Under the pieces are notes generated by a model. It was not told the DNA's origin. It saw only the letters and a list, made by a program, of their open reading frames with translations, and ran no database searches. 59,311 nt of DNA from Macrostomum lignano (lineage: Eukaryota), in assembly GCA_002269645.1 (NCBI GenBank), contig NIVC01003282.1:1-59311 (forward strand), written 5' to 3'. Positions 55,730 to 59,311 of this stretch are shown here, in pieces; position 1 is the first letter of the stretch, and each line of letters begins with the position of its first letter. The translations under genes and the position numbers were made by a program.

Positions 55730-58660
55730 CGGGATAGTCGGCACCATTGGAGTCGAGGTCGACAACGCTGCATCTTCTGGGCTACATGTCGCCGAGGGCC
55801 TTCTGTTTAAAATGAAGTCATGTATTATTGTCTTGGTTTAGACTCAAGTTCTCAAGTATAAGTTTAGATACAACTACACGCGCCATCATTCAACTAAATA
55901 TTAATAAAATCAGCATGAATTAGGAAATTTTGTGTCGCCTTACATGTTCTCACTAAGCCGGCGAATCTTTGAAGGTGGCTGCCGATCCATGTCCTCGAAG
56001 TCCAGCTGCTCTGCTTCAAAGTCACATGGCCGCTTCATTTCTTCTCTGGTGCTTTTAAAACTATTTTCTTTGGAGCAGTACTCTCGTAGCTCTTCGATGA
56101 AAGCTGAAAGTGAACAGAATTAGAAAAAATGTTAGTTAAAAATTGCAGTACAGCATTGTTGTTTGGCAGTAAAAGTCGCATAACTTAGCCTATCTTTCCT
56201 AAAGAGTTTGAAGAGCCTTTTTGAACCAAAGAGAAATAGAAGGGAAGTAATAAGATCTTAGGTCTACATAGTTATAAGAACAACTATAAGAGTACACTCT
56301 AGAAATGAGATTGTAGGAGAGATTGTAGGAGTATAGCTATAATTTGAATAGAAATGAAATGAAGCAGAAAAGTAATAATTAATCGTATATAGATGCAAAT
56401 ATTGAACATGCAAAAAGCAAAATGAACAACATTCGTAAAAAAATTAGTAATAAATAGTAATGTGTCACGATTATTGATGTAGCGGCTAGCTATGGCTATG
56501 ACCCTTAAAAGGGCCGTTTGACGAGAGTTGCAGAAGGTCGTAGTTCCAAAATAAATTGAAGTCAACTCTTGCAAAGCGGATCGTGTAGCGGAGCACTTGG
56601 CGATAAAGGCAGGAAACTGCCGTAGTTGTTTTTATTGTTGAGATCAATATTAGAAGTGGTTATTACTGTCAATACACAAACTATAGCTTTCTGGGCACTG
56701 GCGGCTGCAACAATGGTTTTTGAAGATAATTAGAATATGAAGTCAAGTGGCAGACGAATGATGCGATGGCGACGCAACGTGATGAGCAATGGCGATGAGC
56801 ACGGTGAAGGCAGTGAGTAGCAGTAGGCAGGCAGGTGAGAAGTGGCGAGATTGGCGTTAGCCATGGCGGAACACAGTGAAGTAACAGTGTGAACAGGCTG
56901 GCCCAGACAGAGGGGCCGTGGCGAGAGATAAGGAGGCAGGACGAGACAAGAGCCAGAACAAGGCAGGACAGGAAAGTGGAGGCCCCCAGCCCGCCAGGCG
57001 AGGGTTAATAAAGGAGCGCAGAGGGGGGCGTAGCGCGAAGCACGAGCGGTTCTCATTGGCTGGCTAAAGAACTTAAAATTATCGATCGTGCCAGTTTTCT
57101 ACGGTCGCATGAAAGGATAGCAAAGTACGCAGTGAATTAGCGATAGGTACAGATTCATTGGGCACTACTACAAGTAAACGTTAAAATAAACGATTGGAGA
57201 AATTTTAGAGAAGCTGCAGTCCAACGGCCCTTTTCGGGACCACTTTAAACTGGCAACGTCACAAATGTTTAATAATTAGTAATGAGCTTACTGAGTAGTG
57301 GACGAGAGAATAAATGGCACCTAATAAATTACAACTATAAATAATGGAATACAAATATGAAATCGAAATTAGTCGAAAAGTACAAAGTCACAACATCACA
57401 ACAAGTAAATAAATGAAAGTTAAGCACACGATGAAAGTAATAATTACTTGATTATAAAATTAAGTAATGAATGGACTTAAGTAATGAGTGGTAATAAATA
57501 TGCATTGTTATGCACAACAACGAGTAGTGGACGAGTAAATTGGCACCTAATAAATTACTTAAAACTATAAATGGAATACAAATAGAATTAGTAAACATGC
57601 AAAAAAGATGAAGTAAAAAATGAAAATTAAAAACATTGTCTTTAGACCTATAATGTCATATATTGTCATTCAATCATTTCTTTTGCGAAGTCGCGACCAT
57701 TGGGATTTCCATCTATTGATATTAATTTGCATTGTCATGCTGTCAGCAACTTCGGCCTTGTCCACAAACCGCAAGGACTAATGTGTCGCGACGTACTGAT
57801 TGTACGCGCTCTTGCTTGGTGGGATCGGGCAGTTGCTACTCGGACCATTAAGACGCAGCAGCTCATCAACAACTGCACTGATTTTCAAGCCGTTGGCTGT
57901 CTGCATGCGTCGCTTTGACTCAGTGCGCTTCTCTGCTGCTGTTAACACTCTAGGAGTGTTGACTTCATGGTGAACGGACGCATTGGCTCGATAGGCCTCC
58001 TGGCTAATGATTTGGTTCATCTCATTGTAACCATTGTATGCCTGGGTAACCATTCCTGGGTTGCCTGGGTTCGTCCATTGTCGTAGGGGAATTTATTGTA
58101 CTGATACTCGGCTGTTTTGCTGACTGCTGAGTGTTCACTGGTGTCGAGAACAGCGCGTTTGCAGTTTCCACAGACGCCTCCGCGATGGGTGCGAGATTCC
58201 TCCTTGAATAAGAAGAATTGTAGTGGCGAGAGGTAAAGAACAAGTGCAACCAATGTAAAATGCTGTTGCCCACGTCGATAGCATCTTCCTCTTTCCGTTG
58301 GCTGTCGTCTTCATAGTTTTGGATGCCGTACTGGTCCTCCTCAGCTGCCGACTCATCATGATCGTCGTCCAGTCTGGGGCCATGCCTTCTAGGACGAATG
58401 CTGTCATCGTCATCATCCTCCTCATGGTCGTCCTGGTCGTCATCAGCTGCCGACTCATCATGATCGTCGTCCAGTCTGGGGCCATGCTTTCTAGGACGAA
58501 TGCTGTCATCGTCATCATCCTCCTCATGGTCGTCCTGGTCGTCATCAGCTGCCGACTCATCATGATCGTCGTCCAGTCTGGGGCCATGCCTTCTAGGACG
58601 AATGCTGTCATCGTCATCGTCAAGTTTCGAGCTCCGGTTGTTGTCAGGCAGCGGTAGTTA
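55730..58660 (-). other. Fragments of unidentified multi-exon gene(s)
   Basis: Exon-like TTTCAG|...FIEELREYCSKENSFKSTREEMKRPCDFEAEQ...|GTAAGG near 56103-55950; open acidic frame about 58650-58022. Confidence 0.3.
58340..58620. repeat. 102-bp tandem repeat x about 2.8, acidic peptide on the minus strand
   Basis: CAGCTGCCG at 58342, 58444 and 58546. Confidence 0.92.
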
Positions 58661-58798
58661 GGATGTGGTAGTGCGAATATCTGTCTCCCTCAAAAATATC
58701 TTGGGGAATTGGATAGTGTCCATTTGGAGAATTCCTTTTTTAACCATCTCTAACAATAAAAATGAAAACTCTGTCTGCGTGTGTCTGTCTGTGGACAA

Positions 58799-58845
58799 GG
58801 GTTAGGGTTAGGGTTAGGGTTAGGGTTAGGGTTAGGGTTAGGGTT
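58799..58845 (+). repeat. Interstitial telomeric array (GGGTTA)7+
   Basis: Seen directly. Confidence 0.97.
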
Positions 58846-59034
58846 TCTTCCATACTTTCTCTCTCCTGATCCTTTTCCACCCTTTCCCTCAGCCACTCCC
58901 GACCCCATCTTTTTCTCCTCTGCGCTCCCATTCGCTCACTGTACCCCTCGCGCGCTCCATTGGCAGTAACCTCCTCTCAGTTTTTATATTTATTAAATAT
59001 ACCTGATCCAACTTAGGACTCTTTACTAACTAAT

Positions 59035-59073
59035 TGCTCCTGAAGAAGGTTTTAAACCGAAACGCGTCGAGCA
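59035..59073 (+). ncRNA. Minimal type I hammerhead ribozyme (Penelope-like pLTR type)
   Basis: TGCTC-CTGAAGA-A-GGTT-TTA-AACC-GAA-ACGCGT-C|GAGCA: stem I TGCTC/GAGCA, stem II GGTT/AACC, palindromic stem III ACGCGT, GUC cleavage triplet. Confidence 0.85.
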
Positions 59074-59161
59074 CCAAATCCCTTTTTAGCTACTGTCTTT
59101 TTAGCCTTCCTTATTTTAAGTGCTCAGCGGCCGACTGGTCTGACGGATCAGTAATCCTTGT

Positions 59162-59208
59162 CCTAACCCTAACCCTAACCCTAACCCTAACCCTAACCCT
59201 AACCCTAA
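59162..59208 (-). repeat. Interstitial telomeric array (CCTAAC)n, about 8 units
   Basis: Seen directly; inverted relative to 58799-58845. Confidence 0.97.
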
Positions 59209-59311
59209 AATTTACTGACATTTGTTTAATGAAAAAAATAAAGTAAAATTCTTTTCTCCTTATTAATCATGACAAACTGATAGGTTGGTTCCACTTTTCA
59301 TAGCATATGTT

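Noticed and set aside
58799-59208. Head-to-head telomeric arrays as a direct telomere-telomere fusion
   Set aside because: The arrays are short and separated by about 316 bp containing a ribozyme, which better fits a retroelement-related origin.

Overview
Repeat-dense metazoan DNA with spliceosomal introns and TTAGGG repeats; the organism cannot be identified from the sequence alone. (1) Bases 1-25508 form a large inverted duplication: left arm 1-10659 (runs off the window start), spacer 10660-14987, right arm 14988-25508. Each arm carries a 4-exon calponin/MP20-like gene, a decayed intronless AlkB (ALKBH2/3-like) gene interrupted by a LINE fragment, and a divergently oriented gene for two C2H2 zinc fingers, a Gly/Ala/Asp VNTR linker and a SET8/KMT5A-like SET domain. 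The SET domain is complete only in the right copy and has Phe at the Phe/Tyr switch. Two more paralogues of the paired zinc-finger module lie at about 11 kb and 30 kb. (2) 25.5-36 kb holds MITE-like elements, minisatellites and a 5'-truncated APE-RT-RNaseH LINE inside the 30-kb zinc-finger gene. (3) 36.6-53.9 kb is a nest of decayed Polinton/Maverick (adintovirus-like) sequence from two lineages, a piggyBac, a tRNA-derived SINE and a 31-bp TIR-only element. (4) The end of the window has fragments of an unknown acidic-repeat gene and a minimal hammerhead ribozyme between two inverted telomeric arrays, resembling a Penelope-like pLTR. All assignments come from reading and translating by eye; no database search was run. 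Some frameshifts sit in homopolymers and may be sequencing errors.
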